A stretch of 64,000 nucleotides of DNA from Bdellovibrio sp. (GCA_039594295.1 JBCNNR010000018.1:15619-79618); one strand, 5' to 3'. Counted from the stretch's first letter, positions 1 to 7,883 are shown. The notes: generated by a model from the sequence alone, not told the origin. Program-made: numbers and translations.

Positions 1-429
1 CAATTCAGAGTCAGCATCAATGCAAAGGATGAATTCATAACGGCTCGCCATTGCTCCCAAAGTCAAAGCCGCTGCTTTACCGCGGTTTTGCACCAGGTTA
101 ATAACGCGCATGTGGGGACGAGACATTGCTAATTTTTCCAGAACAGCTTGAGTTTTGTCGCGGCTGCCGTCGTTGATCGCGATGATTTCGCATTTATCAG
201 AAGGCAAGTGATCCAAAGAAAGGATCGTCGCTTCAGCGCAGTTTTCCTCGTTGTAGCACGGAATCAGAATTGTATAGGGCTGCTCTGAAAACTCAGTCAG
301 GACCTGACGTTTACGTTCTCTTTTGAAATAGAAAACGAAAGCACCTGTGATCCAAATCAAAGGCAGCATGAATGGCACAACCAGGAACAAGAATTTTAAT
401 AGTGCAGGCAGATAAGATAAAACGATCAT
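1..429 (-). CDS. pgaC: Poly-beta-1,6-GlcNAc synthase-like GT2 glycosyltransferase (PgaC/IcaA family), 5' part only, runs off the window
   Basis: Not in the ORF track. Translated by hand from ATG at 429, overlapping the pgaB stop (ATGA): MIVLSYLPALLKFLFLVVPFMLPLIWITGAFVFYFKRER...ILIPCYNEE...IIAINDGSRD...QNRGKAAAL...FILCIDADSEL. N-terminal TM helix plus GT2 motifs (PCYNE, DGS.D, N.GKA.AL, DAD). Confidence 0.85.
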   Translation of the reverse strand, partial: MIVLSYLPALLKFLFLVVPFMLPLIWITGAFVFYFKRERKRQVLTEFSEQPYTILIPCYNEENCAEATILSLDHLPSDKCEIIAINDGSRDKTQAVLEKLAMSRPHMRVINLVQNRGKAAALTLGAMASRYEFILCIDADSEL

Positions 430-2066
430 TTCGCCTCTCCCTTGTGTTGAGGGATGCTTTTAATAACCGAAAACAGATTTTTAAAATCTGCATCTGGCTC
501 AAATCCTTTGAAGTTCACATCATAATATAAATTGTAATAACCCTGAGCGATCAGATGGGAGGCATCTGACTTGTAGTCTTTCGGTAAGGCTACGATTTCT
601 TTGGCTGGAACAATTCCCGCACCAGGAAGAGATTTGACGGACTCCAGCTGTTTATTGGTTAAAATAACAAAATCAAAAATGTCTGGATTCACGGGTTGTT
701 GTCCAATCAGACCAAACTTTAATTCTGGGCGCATCGAGCGACCCGCAGACTTTAAGGTTTCGAATGGGATGTCAGTTAGCTTTTCTTTGGCCGAGACTTC
801 AAAAAACAATCCATCGATATCTGTGAATTTCGCAAGATCGCGAATCACGGCCGCCGCGTTTTGTGTGTCGCTGAGGAGCGACACTGGAAGACGGGCATAG
901 GCATATGCCACGCGCGCACGATTTTTCATTGTGTGGGCAGCACGGTTTAGATAATCACCGCGCATTTTCATTTTGTCGGTTACGAAGTAGGCTTCGCCAT
1001 TATCAGATATGGCTTGTAACAGGACGGCACTGGGTCCTAGGTTTAATCCTTTTTCCAGTAAGTCACCAAGGCCTTGCTCAGTTTCCGATTCAGATGTTTT
1101 CCAGATGCTATCAATATCGACACGGATCATGCGTTTTGGAAACTGATCCATAAAGGCATTTTCCAGAGCGGCGGCAAATTGGGGCATTTCCATCGTCGCC
1201 AGAACCAAACCTCGGCCAATGGTGGAAATATCTTTGGCGTTATTTAAGCCCGGGCGCAAAGTCATTTGAATCGTCATTCCCGCGTCGATAGCCGCTTGGC
1301 GAGAAAGACCATTGGATTGACCATAGGGCCAAACGATAACGGTATTATCTTTACCCAGATGTTTTTTAATAACTTCGTTGCTCTTTTTGAGGTCGGTACG
1401 AACGCGCTCAGTGAATTCTTCTTCGCTTTGATAGGTCTTAGTGTTGTGATCGTATCTTAAAAAGCCAGCGACGGCGGCTTCATTGCCCTGGGGATTAAAG
1501 ATTTGCCCCTGATGTAAATTGTAGGTGTGAGAAACGACTTCAACCAGGCCTGATTTTGTCATCTCATTAAGTTGCTTCCAAGTCGCCATTTTAGGATTGG
1601 AATCTTTAAATCCATAATCGGGAGCCGCACCATCTTCGGTCCATTTGCCCACAATGGCAAAGACTGCTGGAAATTTGTACTGCTTTAATAATGGAAAAAC
1701 GATGTCATAAAAAGACCCTAAGCCGTCATCAACCGTGATTAACACCGCTTTGGGAGGCAGAGTTTTCTTACCGTTGTGAGCATCGATAATGTCTTGAAGA
1801 CTTACGACGTTGTAGTGGGCTTTCAGGTAATCAAATTGTTCAATGAAGTCTTTTTTACGAGTGCTGTATTCGTTGCCCACGAAGCCATTGCTGATGTCAT
1901 GATAGCAAAGAACAGCGAATGAATTGGGCGGAGCAGATGAGATGTCAGGATTTTTATACGTTTGTGCAAAGGAACTAAGACTGAAAAATAGCAGAAGCGA
2001 GGTGATAAGAACTCGGGCTGATTTCAGCATCAAATTTAGTAAGTTCACGTCTTGGACGGAAATCAT
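426..2066 (-). CDS. pgaB: PNAG de-N-acetylase PgaB-like protein (CE4 domain plus shortened C-terminal GH153/GHL13-like domain)
   Basis: LCYHD, LPPKAVLITVDDG, SHTYNLH..NPQGN and VWPYG motifs match the PgaB deacetylase domain; RGDYLNRAAH and DIDGLFF resemble the PgaB C-terminal domain. Directly upstream of the GT2 gene. True start may be 2030 (MLKSARV...SFA/Q signal peptide). Confidence 0.85.
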   Translation of the reverse strand: MISVQDVNLLNLMLKSARVLITSLLLFFSLSSFAQTYKNPDISSAPPNSFAVLCYHDISNGFVGNEYSTRKKDFIEQFDYLKAHYNVVSLQDIIDAHNGKKTLPPKAVLITVDDGLGSFYDIVFPLLKQYKFPAVFAIVGKWTEDGAAPDYGFKDSNPKMATWKQLNEMTKSGLVEVVSHTYNLHQGQIFNPQGNEAAVAGFLRYDHNTKTYQSEEEFTERVRTDLKKSNEVIKKHLGKDNTVIVWPYGQSNGLSRQAAIDAGMTIQMTLRPGLNNAKDISTIGRGLVLATMEMPQFAAALENAFMDQFPKRMIRVDIDSIWKTSESETEQGLGDLLEKGLNLGPSAVLLQAISDNGEAYFVTDKMKMRGDYLNRAAHTMKNRARVAYAYARLPVSLLSDTQNAAAVIRDLAKFTDIDGLFFEVSAKEKLTDIPFETLKSAGRSMRPELKFGLIGQQPVNPDIFDFVILTNKQLESVKSLPGAGIVPAKEIVALPKDYKSDASHLIAQGYYNLYYDVNFKGFEPDADFKNLFSVIKSIPQHKGEAK

Positions 2067-2278
2067 TGTTCTTCAACCTACGTGGAGGAAATTCCCCACT
2101 ATTTTTTAGTGGCAGATTTGTAATCCAATTTGACCGAGGCGTCAACAAATGTCCGATGGGAAACTCGCGTATGAAGAGAACCTCGCAAACAGATAAAAAT
2201 CTTTTAATCTGGCGAGGCCGGGAACGAACCTGGAGGGTTATAGCTCGAGGGGGCTCAAGGCCTTTTGGAATATTTGCA

Positions 2279-4192
2279 TTAAAAGACGGCCTCCAAAAAC
2301 TTAAGCTGGCGGGCACGGTAAGGGCGGAGGTGGGCCGCATCGACATAGACCGGCCCCTCGGTGCCCCAGTTCGGGCAGAGGTCATGGGGGCAGAGTTCGG
2401 GAATGGGGGACAAATAGACCGCACCGGATTCTTGCGCCAGGGCGGCAAGTTTTCGATTGATCACATGCACTTGAACATCAACGTCGCGCAGGGGAACTTC
2501 GAGGACTTGCTTTTCAAAAAGGTTTTTGAAGACATTGCGATTGATAATGAATTTAGGATTGAGCAGGGCCGCGACGGGCATGTTGCCGATCAGGTAAACC
2601 GAAGAACCTGCCTTTTTATAATCTTGAATTTGCTTGCGAAGCTCACCGAGCCATCGATCAAAATGGGCGCCTTCACCACCCATGAAAATCTTTTCGCCAT
2701 TCACTAAAAGATAGTGCTGGGACTCCACGTAATAGCCGCGCCAGAAGGCACCCAATACCACGCGTTTAATTCCGTGATCACGAATAAGGTCCTCTGCAGT
2801 TTCAACCAGATTGTTGCACCAGGTGGCATCTGTGCGCCAAAAATTTCTGAAAGGGGCGCAGCCTCCTCCTGTCGCGAAAATGGCACTGCGGTGGTTGTCA
2901 TTTTGAATTGCGGCTTCGACTGCGGGGCCGTATTGCTCGACATTGGAGTCGCCCATAAAAAGCACAGTGTCGGGCGTGATTTCTTTGCCCATCAAAATGA
3001 AACCATGATTTTTATAGACGGTGATCTGGGGATTTTTAGGCGGGAATCCCCAATCGTTAAAGGCTTGGGTGACGTCAGCGAAATTAAGACGATGAGAATA
3101 GGGATAAATTCTCTGTGAATCCATCAAAAGACCTGTCATGCCGATCAATACGCTCGCGGTGGCAAGTGAGATCCACGTTGATGTTCTTTTAAACGAAAGA
3201 GTGCGAATCACCCATTCTGTGAGTGCCGAAATGATGAAAGCCAGCACCAGACACAGAGCCGTCCAGCCTGGTGTTTCCAAATTCATCATCTTGCGGAATA
3301 CCAAGAGGGGCCAATGCCATAAATAAAGCGGGTAGCTGAGTTTCCCTAACTGAAGCATCAGGCGGTTTTCAAAGAGCAAGCTTGAAACATAATTATTCGA
3401 AGCGGCGATCACCGCTGCCGCTCCCAACGTCGGAAGGAGAGCTGCGAAGCCTGGAATGGGCGTGATCTCGGAATAGCAAATCACAGATGCCATTATTGCC
3501 GTGACTCCCACACAGAAAATCCACGGGCTCAGTTGGGGTGGTGTTGAAAATCGGTCACGCACAAGAGCAAGCGCCAGGAGGCAGCCGATGATCAGTTCCC
3601 ACATACGCGAGTCGGGCCAATAAAAGGCATGCAAGGGATTATGTTGAACCCAATAGACCGAGCACGCAAACGAGGTTGCGAAAAGCACCGTCAGAGTTTT
3701 ACCGAGATGCTTTGATCCACAGACAAGAAATATCAGAGGTAAGAAGACATAAAACTGCTCTTCGACTCCTAAGGACCAGAGATGGATCAATGGCTTTACA
3801 TGGGCATTGACATCGAAATACCCGGCTTGTTGGGGATAGAGAAAATTGCTGAAAAATGCGATGCCAGCAAGGGCCTCCTGACCCAGGGCTTTAAATTCAT
3901 GATCAAAGAAAATCCACCAGCCTGTGCCTAAGATAAAACTCAGCATCAACAGCAGGTGTGGGAATATCCTGCGTACTCGGCGCATCCAAAAGCGCAGCGG
4001 TGAAAAGGGCGCAGATTCAAGATCCAAAAGGATCAGACGGGTGATCAAGAATCCAGAGATCACAAAAAAGATATCAACACCGGTATAGCCACCGGGTACT
4101 ACAGAGGGAAATGCGTGATAAAACATCACTGCTAAAATCGCAAAGGCGCGAAGTCCATCGATCTGGGGGAGGTAGTTTTTTGTCTTCACCAA
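2279..4192 (-). CDS. OafA/OatA-type O-acyltransferase (acyltransferase-3 membrane domain plus SGNH domain)
   Basis: IDGLRAFAIL..MFYH, GGYTGVDIFFVISGFLIT, RR..RIFP, HLWSLGVEEQFY, SYPLYLWHWP; C-terminal GDSN and D..H SGNH motifs. Confidence 0.9.
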   Translation of the reverse strand: MVKTKNYLPQIDGLRAFAILAVMFYHAFPSVVPGGYTGVDIFFVISGFLITRLILLDLESAPFSPLRFWMRRVRRIFPHLLLMLSFILGTGWWIFFDHEFKALGQEALAGIAFFSNFLYPQQAGYFDVNAHVKPLIHLWSLGVEEQFYVFLPLIFLVCGSKHLGKTLTVLFATSFACSVYWVQHNPLHAFYWPDSRMWELIIGCLLALALVRDRFSTPPQLSPWIFCVGVTAIMASVICYSEITPIPGFAALLPTLGAAAVIAASNNYVSSLLFENRLMLQLGKLSYPLYLWHWPLLVFRKMMNLETPGWTALCLVLAFIISALTEWVIRTLSFKRTSTWISLATASVLIGMTGLLMDSQRIYPYSHRLNFADVTQAFNDWGFPPKNPQITVYKNHGFILMGKEITPDTVLFMGDSNVEQYGPAVEAAIQNDNHRSAIFATGGGCAPFRNFWRTDATWCNNLVETAEDLIRDHGIKRVVLGAFWRGYYVESQHYLLVNGEKIFMGGEGAHFDRWLGELRKQIQDYKKAGSSVYLIGNMPVAALLNPKFIINRNVFKNLFEKQVLEVPLRDVDVQVHVINRKLAALAQESGAVYLSPIPELCPHDLCPNWGTEGPVYVDAAHLRPYRARQLKFLEAVF

Positions 4193-4284
4193 TTAGAATA
4201 TTGTTTGGCGAATTCAGAAAATTTGTCTATCGCTTATTAATAATAAAATGTGACATTGTACCCAAACTTTTGAATCATATCCTT

Positions 4285-4704
4285 ATGACAACATTTCTTA
4301 TTCTTATTAGCATCCTTGCTTCCTCTATCGTCCAAGCTCAGGTCAAGCCTCACTGTTTTGCACAGCCCTGTTCAATCCAGGGTGATTTCGACGGAGATAA
4401 AAAAGAAGACACGGCAGAGTTGGTGGAAAACCAACACCAACGTGGCATTCGTGTGAAGTTTGGCAACGGCAAGGAAGTACTCGTCGGTGCTGGAAATAAA
4501 GAAATCAAAGGGCTCAATGACCTGAAGTGGATGAACACCTGGGAACTTCATAAAGGACCCATCGAAAAAGCGACACTTAAAGGATCGAAAAAAGCTCCCA
4601 CAGCAAAAGGTGATACTCTTAAACTCTCCGAAGAATATGCAACTTCAGGCACTCTTTACTGGGATGGCAAAGAGTTTAAATGGTACCTACAGCTCGGCAA
4701 ATAA
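4285..4704 (+). CDS. Secreted hypothetical protein with an FG-GAP/EF-hand-like DFDGDKKED motif
   Basis: ATG at 4285 gives a clean signal peptide (MTTFLILISILASSIVQA/Q). The track start at 4111 overlaps the acyltransferase gene. CxxxC then GDFDGDKKEDTA. Confidence 0.6.
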   Translation: MTTFLILISILASSIVQAQVKPHCFAQPCSIQGDFDGDKKEDTAELVENQHQRGIRVKFGNGKEVLVGAGNKEIKGLNDLKWMNTWELHKGPIEKATLKGSKKAPTAKGDTLKLSEEYATSGTLYWDGKEFKWYLQLGK

Positions 4705-4733
4705 GCAGCAACCGTCAACAAAAGGATCCATCT

Positions 4734-5354
4734 ATGTCATTGCTGGAAGCTCTTAAAAACCAAGATCAGATCATTATTCGTCAGCGCAAAGAGTTGGGGG
4801 AGTTACTTGGTTTTGAAACTCGCAATAAGTACGAAATTTGTGATCAGCGTGGCCAGGTTATTGGCTTCTGCGCGGAACAACAAAAGGGTTTATTAGGTCT
4901 TATGATCAGACAGTTTCTGGGGCATTGGCGCAGCTTTGAGTTGCATTTCTTTGATAGCCAACGTCAGCAGGTTTTTAATGTGAAACATCCCTTTAGAATC
5001 TTCTTTCAACGCCTGGAAGTCTTCACGGCCCGTGGGCAGTACATTGGAGCTCTTCAACAGCGCTTTGCGATCTTCAGAAAGAAATTCGATATCGAAACAC
5101 CGCAGGGTCGAGTGATCATGAATATGGAATCAGGCTTTTTGCAGTTCTGGACATTTCCGATCTTCAAGGGCTCCATGGAGGCCGCCGTCATCAGAAAAAA
5201 GTGGTCTGGTCTTTTAAAAGAGGCTTTTTTAGACGCTGATAATTTTCAAGTTGAGTTCGGTCGCGCTGAACTCAGCGAGGAAGAGCGCTCCCTGATCCTG
5301 GCCTCGGCGATTTTCATCGATCTTCAGTACTTTGAACGTAAAGCTGGTGATTAA
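4734..5354 (+). CDS. Phospholipid scramblase / tubby-C (LURP-one) family protein
   Basis: Q..E..E.L.GFETRNKYEI, RQF....R.F, KKWSGLLKEAF.DADNFQVEF, LILA..IFID..YFE patterns typical of the scramblase family. Start taken at MSLLEAL with AAGGA upstream. Confidence 0.75.
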   Translation: MSLLEALKNQDQIIIRQRKELGELLGFETRNKYEICDQRGQVIGFCAEQQKGLLGLMIRQFLGHWRSFELHFFDSQRQQVFNVKHPFRIFFQRLEVFTARGQYIGALQQRFAIFRKKFDIETPQGRVIMNMESGFLQFWTFPIFKGSMEAAVIRKKWSGLLKEAFLDADNFQVEFGRAELSEEERSLILASAIFIDLQYFERKAGD

Positions 5355-5434
5355 AATTCGTAAAATCGCCGGCTTTTTATTAAAATCTTCTCAAAATTCC
5401 TTCGCGGTGCGCCTTAAAAAGGGCGCCTAACGCT

Positions 5435-5485
5435 GGACACATCAAGGTTTGTCCGGACAAATCTTGGACAAAGTTTAGTCTGTCC
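5435..5485. promoter_or_regulatory. Tandem palindromic operator-like sites GGACA-N10-TGTCC (x2)
   Basis: GGACA-CATCAAGGTT-TGTCC at 5435-5454 and GGACA-AAGTTTAGTC-TGTCC at 5466-5485 (TTGGACA...TGTCCAA, 7-bp arms), plus a fifth half-site at 5455-5459; about 120-170 bp upstream of the 5606 gene. Confidence 0.65.
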
Positions 5486-5605
5486 AAAAATCAAAAATGA
5501 CCCTTTTATTTCAAATTTACTTTTCCCGCAGAAAAGTGGAAACACCGTCTCATTCGAAACGAACAAGTTTTTAAAACAAAAACACTTTTAACAAAGGGAA
5601 ATAAA

Positions 5606-6073
5606 ATGAAATTCGTAGCAATGATCGCTCTATTGGTTTCTTCTTCTGCATTCGCAGCTAACTACTCTGCTGACACTTCTTGGGAAGTTCTTGAAAAAGA
5701 CCCAACAATCAAAATCGAAGCTGGCACAGTATTCATGGGTTCTGCTATCGACTACACTTTCGTATGCGTAGACGGTGCTAACCTTCGCACTAAAAAACCA
5801 GTTGCTCAATACGATGTTATCACTATCGGTGACAACTACCGTAAAGAAGTTTACAAAGGTTCTAAATACTTGACTACTCCAATCAACTACACTCGCACTG
5901 CTTGGGAATGTGACTGGAATGTTAACGGTAAACACCGCACTTGCGCTGACAAAGTTATCTCTGGAACTTACGCTCTAACTGTAGACGCTAAAGTTTCTAA
6001 AGTTCTTAACACTAAAAACGGTTACGAAAAGTTCTTGTTCACAAAACAATTGAACGTACCAAACTGCCAGTAA
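5606..6073 (+). CDS. Secreted 155-aa hypothetical protein with 4 Cys, probably highly expressed
   Basis: Signal peptide MKFVAMIALLVSSSAFA/A; AAGGGA RBS; codons strongly skewed to TTC/AAC/TAC/GAC/ATC/GCT/ACT; followed by a hairpin. Confidence 0.85.
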   Translation: MKFVAMIALLVSSSAFAANYSADTSWEVLEKDPTIKIEAGTVFMGSAIDYTFVCVDGANLRTKKPVAQYDVITIGDNYRKEVYKGSKYLTTPINYTRTAWECDWNVNGKHRTCADKVISGTYALTVDAKVSKVLNTKNGYEKFLFTKQLNVPNCQ

Positions 6074-6091
6074 TTACTTGCTGTTAGTTAG

Positions 6092-6123
6092 GACTCCGGG
6101 GCTTGACACTAAGCCCCGAAGTC
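6092..6123 (+). terminator. Intrinsic terminator-like hairpin
   Basis: CGGGGCTT-GACACT-AAGCCCCG stem-loop about 20 bp after the 6073 stop, followed by GTTTGT. Confidence 0.6.
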
Positions 6124-6185
6124 GTTTGTCTCGTTGCATTGAACCCCGTCCTGAGATAGTGAGAGCCATCGATTGATGGGGAACA

Positions 6186-6977
6186 ATGGAAATTAACGTC
6201 GAACTAAACGAGCGCCAAACGGTAAGTTCAATTCCGGACCAAGTGTCCCAGGATATTGAGACTTACTTATTGCGTTTCAAGGACCCGAAAAAGGGTCTGA
6301 GTATGTTGGCGACGAAGTCCCAGATCCACGTAAAGACGCTGAACAGATTGCGCGAGAAATCTCACAATCCTAATTACTCCACTCTTTACAAACTTTATTC
6401 CTGCCTTTTGGACACCCAAGACATTGCACAGGTCGCAGCGAAAGCTCCTCCTTTAGTGCGTGAAAAGCTGGAAAAGACGGATCCTCAATTGAAGTCTTCG
6501 CCCCTTCATCGTTTCAATTTTGATCTGGCTGCAGATATGCAAAAAGATCCTTGTTTCGTGGAACTCTATGTTCTGTCTGAAACTCGCCCCTTCGATGCTA
6601 ATTTTGTCCAACAGAGATTCGGTTCTTATGGTCTTGGTGTGCTCGAACGCATGCTGGATCAAAAAGTTCTCCGACCCCTCGGGAATGGACTTTATGGTCA
6701 AGGCGAAGTACGGGCACATTTTTCTTCAGAGACAATTAAAGCCGTCGGAATGAAGCTGACGGAAAGATTCTTGAAACCGTCGAACTCTGATGTGAACTTT
6801 GCGAACTTAATGAACGTGTATTTTGAGTCCGTGAGTGAAGAAACATATCGCGAATGGATTTTGATCGAAGAACGTGCTTTTAACGAGCGCGTGAAGTTAC
6901 TTGAGAAGCCGAATGCTAAGGGGAAAATACCAGTTTTTGCATTTACGGCGATTGATACGCTTTTGGAGAATGAATAA
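6186..6977 (+). CDS. HTH transcription regulator, TIGR02147/DUF4423-like architecture
   Basis: N-terminal XRE-like HTH (LSMLATKSQIHVKTLNRL...PNYSTLYKLY); central winged-helix-like segment (FVQQRFGSYGLGVLERMLDQKVL); C-terminal beta-alpha-beta (VYFESVSEETYREW...VFAFTAIDTL) as in DUF4423. Recognised by pattern only. Confidence 0.55.
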   Translation: MEINVELNERQTVSSIPDQVSQDIETYLLRFKDPKKGLSMLATKSQIHVKTLNRLREKSHNPNYSTLYKLYSCLLDTQDIAQVAAKAPPLVREKLEKTDPQLKSSPLHRFNFDLAADMQKDPCFVELYVLSETRPFDANFVQQRFGSYGLGVLERMLDQKVLRPLGNGLYGQGEVRAHFSSETIKAVGMKLTERFLKPSNSDVNFANLMNVYFESVSEETYREWILIEERAFNERVKLLEKPNAKGKIPVFAFTAIDTLLENE

Positions 6978-7102
6978 TGAAACTATTTATCGCACTACTT
7001 ATCGCTTCTATTTTAGTTATTGGCGCTGGCCAAAGTGCATATGCAGGTGGTGGGTCTTCCGGTGGTTCTGGCAACCAACCTCCTCACGGAAACGGCAGAT
7101 AG
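6977..7102 (+). CDS. Small secreted peptide (41 aa; the frame continues past TAG to TGA at 7148-7150)
   Basis: Not in the ORF track. ATG overlaps the regulator stop (TAATG). MKLFIALLIASILVIGAGQSAYA/GGGSSGGSGNQPPHGNGR* has a classic Sec signal with an AYA cleavage site. Confidence 0.7.
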   Translation: MKLFIALLIASILVIGAGQSAYAGGGSSGGSGNQPPHGNGR

Positions 7103-7163
7103 CCGATTCCCTGGTCCGGTGACGGCAGAGAGCCGTTACCATTCAATTGATTTATAATTTTTC

Positions 7164-7194
7164 AAACCCGATGCAGTGATGTATCGGGTTTTTT
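7164..7194 (+). terminator. Intrinsic terminator
   Basis: AAACCCGATGCA-GTGA-TGTATCGGGTTT followed by further Ts; 13 nt after TGA at 7150. Confidence 0.8.
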
Positions 7195-7231
7195 GTTTTG
7201 TAGTGATCCCAAATACATTATGATTTTTTCT

Positions 7232-7819
7232 ATGAGAAAACTTCTATGCATCATAATGTTTATTCCTTTCTTAGGTTGTAAATCGCTGACCACGGATCAA
7301 AATCGGAGATCGGCCTCTGTGGTGACCGGTCACCAGTGCACAATCGCACCAGAAGAACAGCAGAAGCTTCTGGCTTTGGACTATAAGAGTTTTGATCAAA
7401 CGCTCCCAGATGGTGGTTGGAGAAGGTACGAGCAGGCAAACTGCTATGAATCGGCGGCAAATCTTATTGATCAATATGTCGCTCAAAATTTAAGCAAATT
7501 GCTTGAGTATCAGCGCCGGGGCATGACTTGGCATGCGGGACAGATGCATGCATTTGTGGGGCAAACGGAGCTCGCGGTTGCACGCTTCAAAAGTTCTTAT
7601 GACTTGAAAGTCGCACCAGAAGACACTTTTAAGTGGAATGCCTATGTGAAAGGCACGATCGCTTTCCTTGAACACGACATGAAATCTTTGATTGAAGCTC
7701 GTGATGAAATGGCCGCTGTGAGCGCGGATCAACGCAGTAAGAATTTTGCATTTATTGAAGCCTTTGTTCGTTGTTTCGACAAACCTTATAGCGAAGCGTA
7801 CAATACAAGCTGTAAGTGA
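7232..7819 (+). CDS. Hypothetical lipoprotein, helical/TPR-like
   Basis: ATG at 7232 gives MRKLLCIIMFIPFLG/C (lipobox-like); LALDY..FDQ...GGWR, WHAGQ and WNAYV.GT.AFL segments look like a conserved uncharacterised family. Confidence 0.65.
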   Translation: MRKLLCIIMFIPFLGCKSLTTDQNRRSASVVTGHQCTIAPEEQQKLLALDYKSFDQTLPDGGWRRYEQANCYESAANLIDQYVAQNLSKLLEYQRRGMTWHAGQMHAFVGQTELAVARFKSSYDLKVAPEDTFKWNAYVKGTIAFLEHDMKSLIEARDEMAAVSADQRSKNFAFIEAFVRCFDKPYSEAYNTSCK

Positions 7820-7867
7820 TACTGTTGCTTTGAATTGCAACAGTATTAAAACGGCTCCATTTACCAC

Positions 7868-7883
7868 TGGTACACGAATTGCT
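7868..7883 (+). promoter_or_regulatory. Sigma54-type promoter (-24/-12)
   Basis: TGGTACACGAATTGCT = GG-N10-GC with TGG...TTGC consensus, 56 bp upstream of the 7940 HTH gene; a 10-bp inverted repeat (ATACTGTTGC-N8-GCAACAGTAT, 7819-7846) lies just upstream. Confidence 0.6.

Noticed and set aside
2067-2278. Possible c-di-GMP riboswitch upstream of pgaB
   Set aside because: A hairpin exists (CCTCGC...GCGAGG, about 2181-2217), but I could not find the GEMM GAAA tetraloop/receptor or GCAAA...GACGCAAA core.
1975-2707. Track ORFs 1975-2448 (-) and 2066-2707 (+)
   Set aside because: They overlap the acyltransferase and pgaB genes in other frames, with no recognisable motifs.
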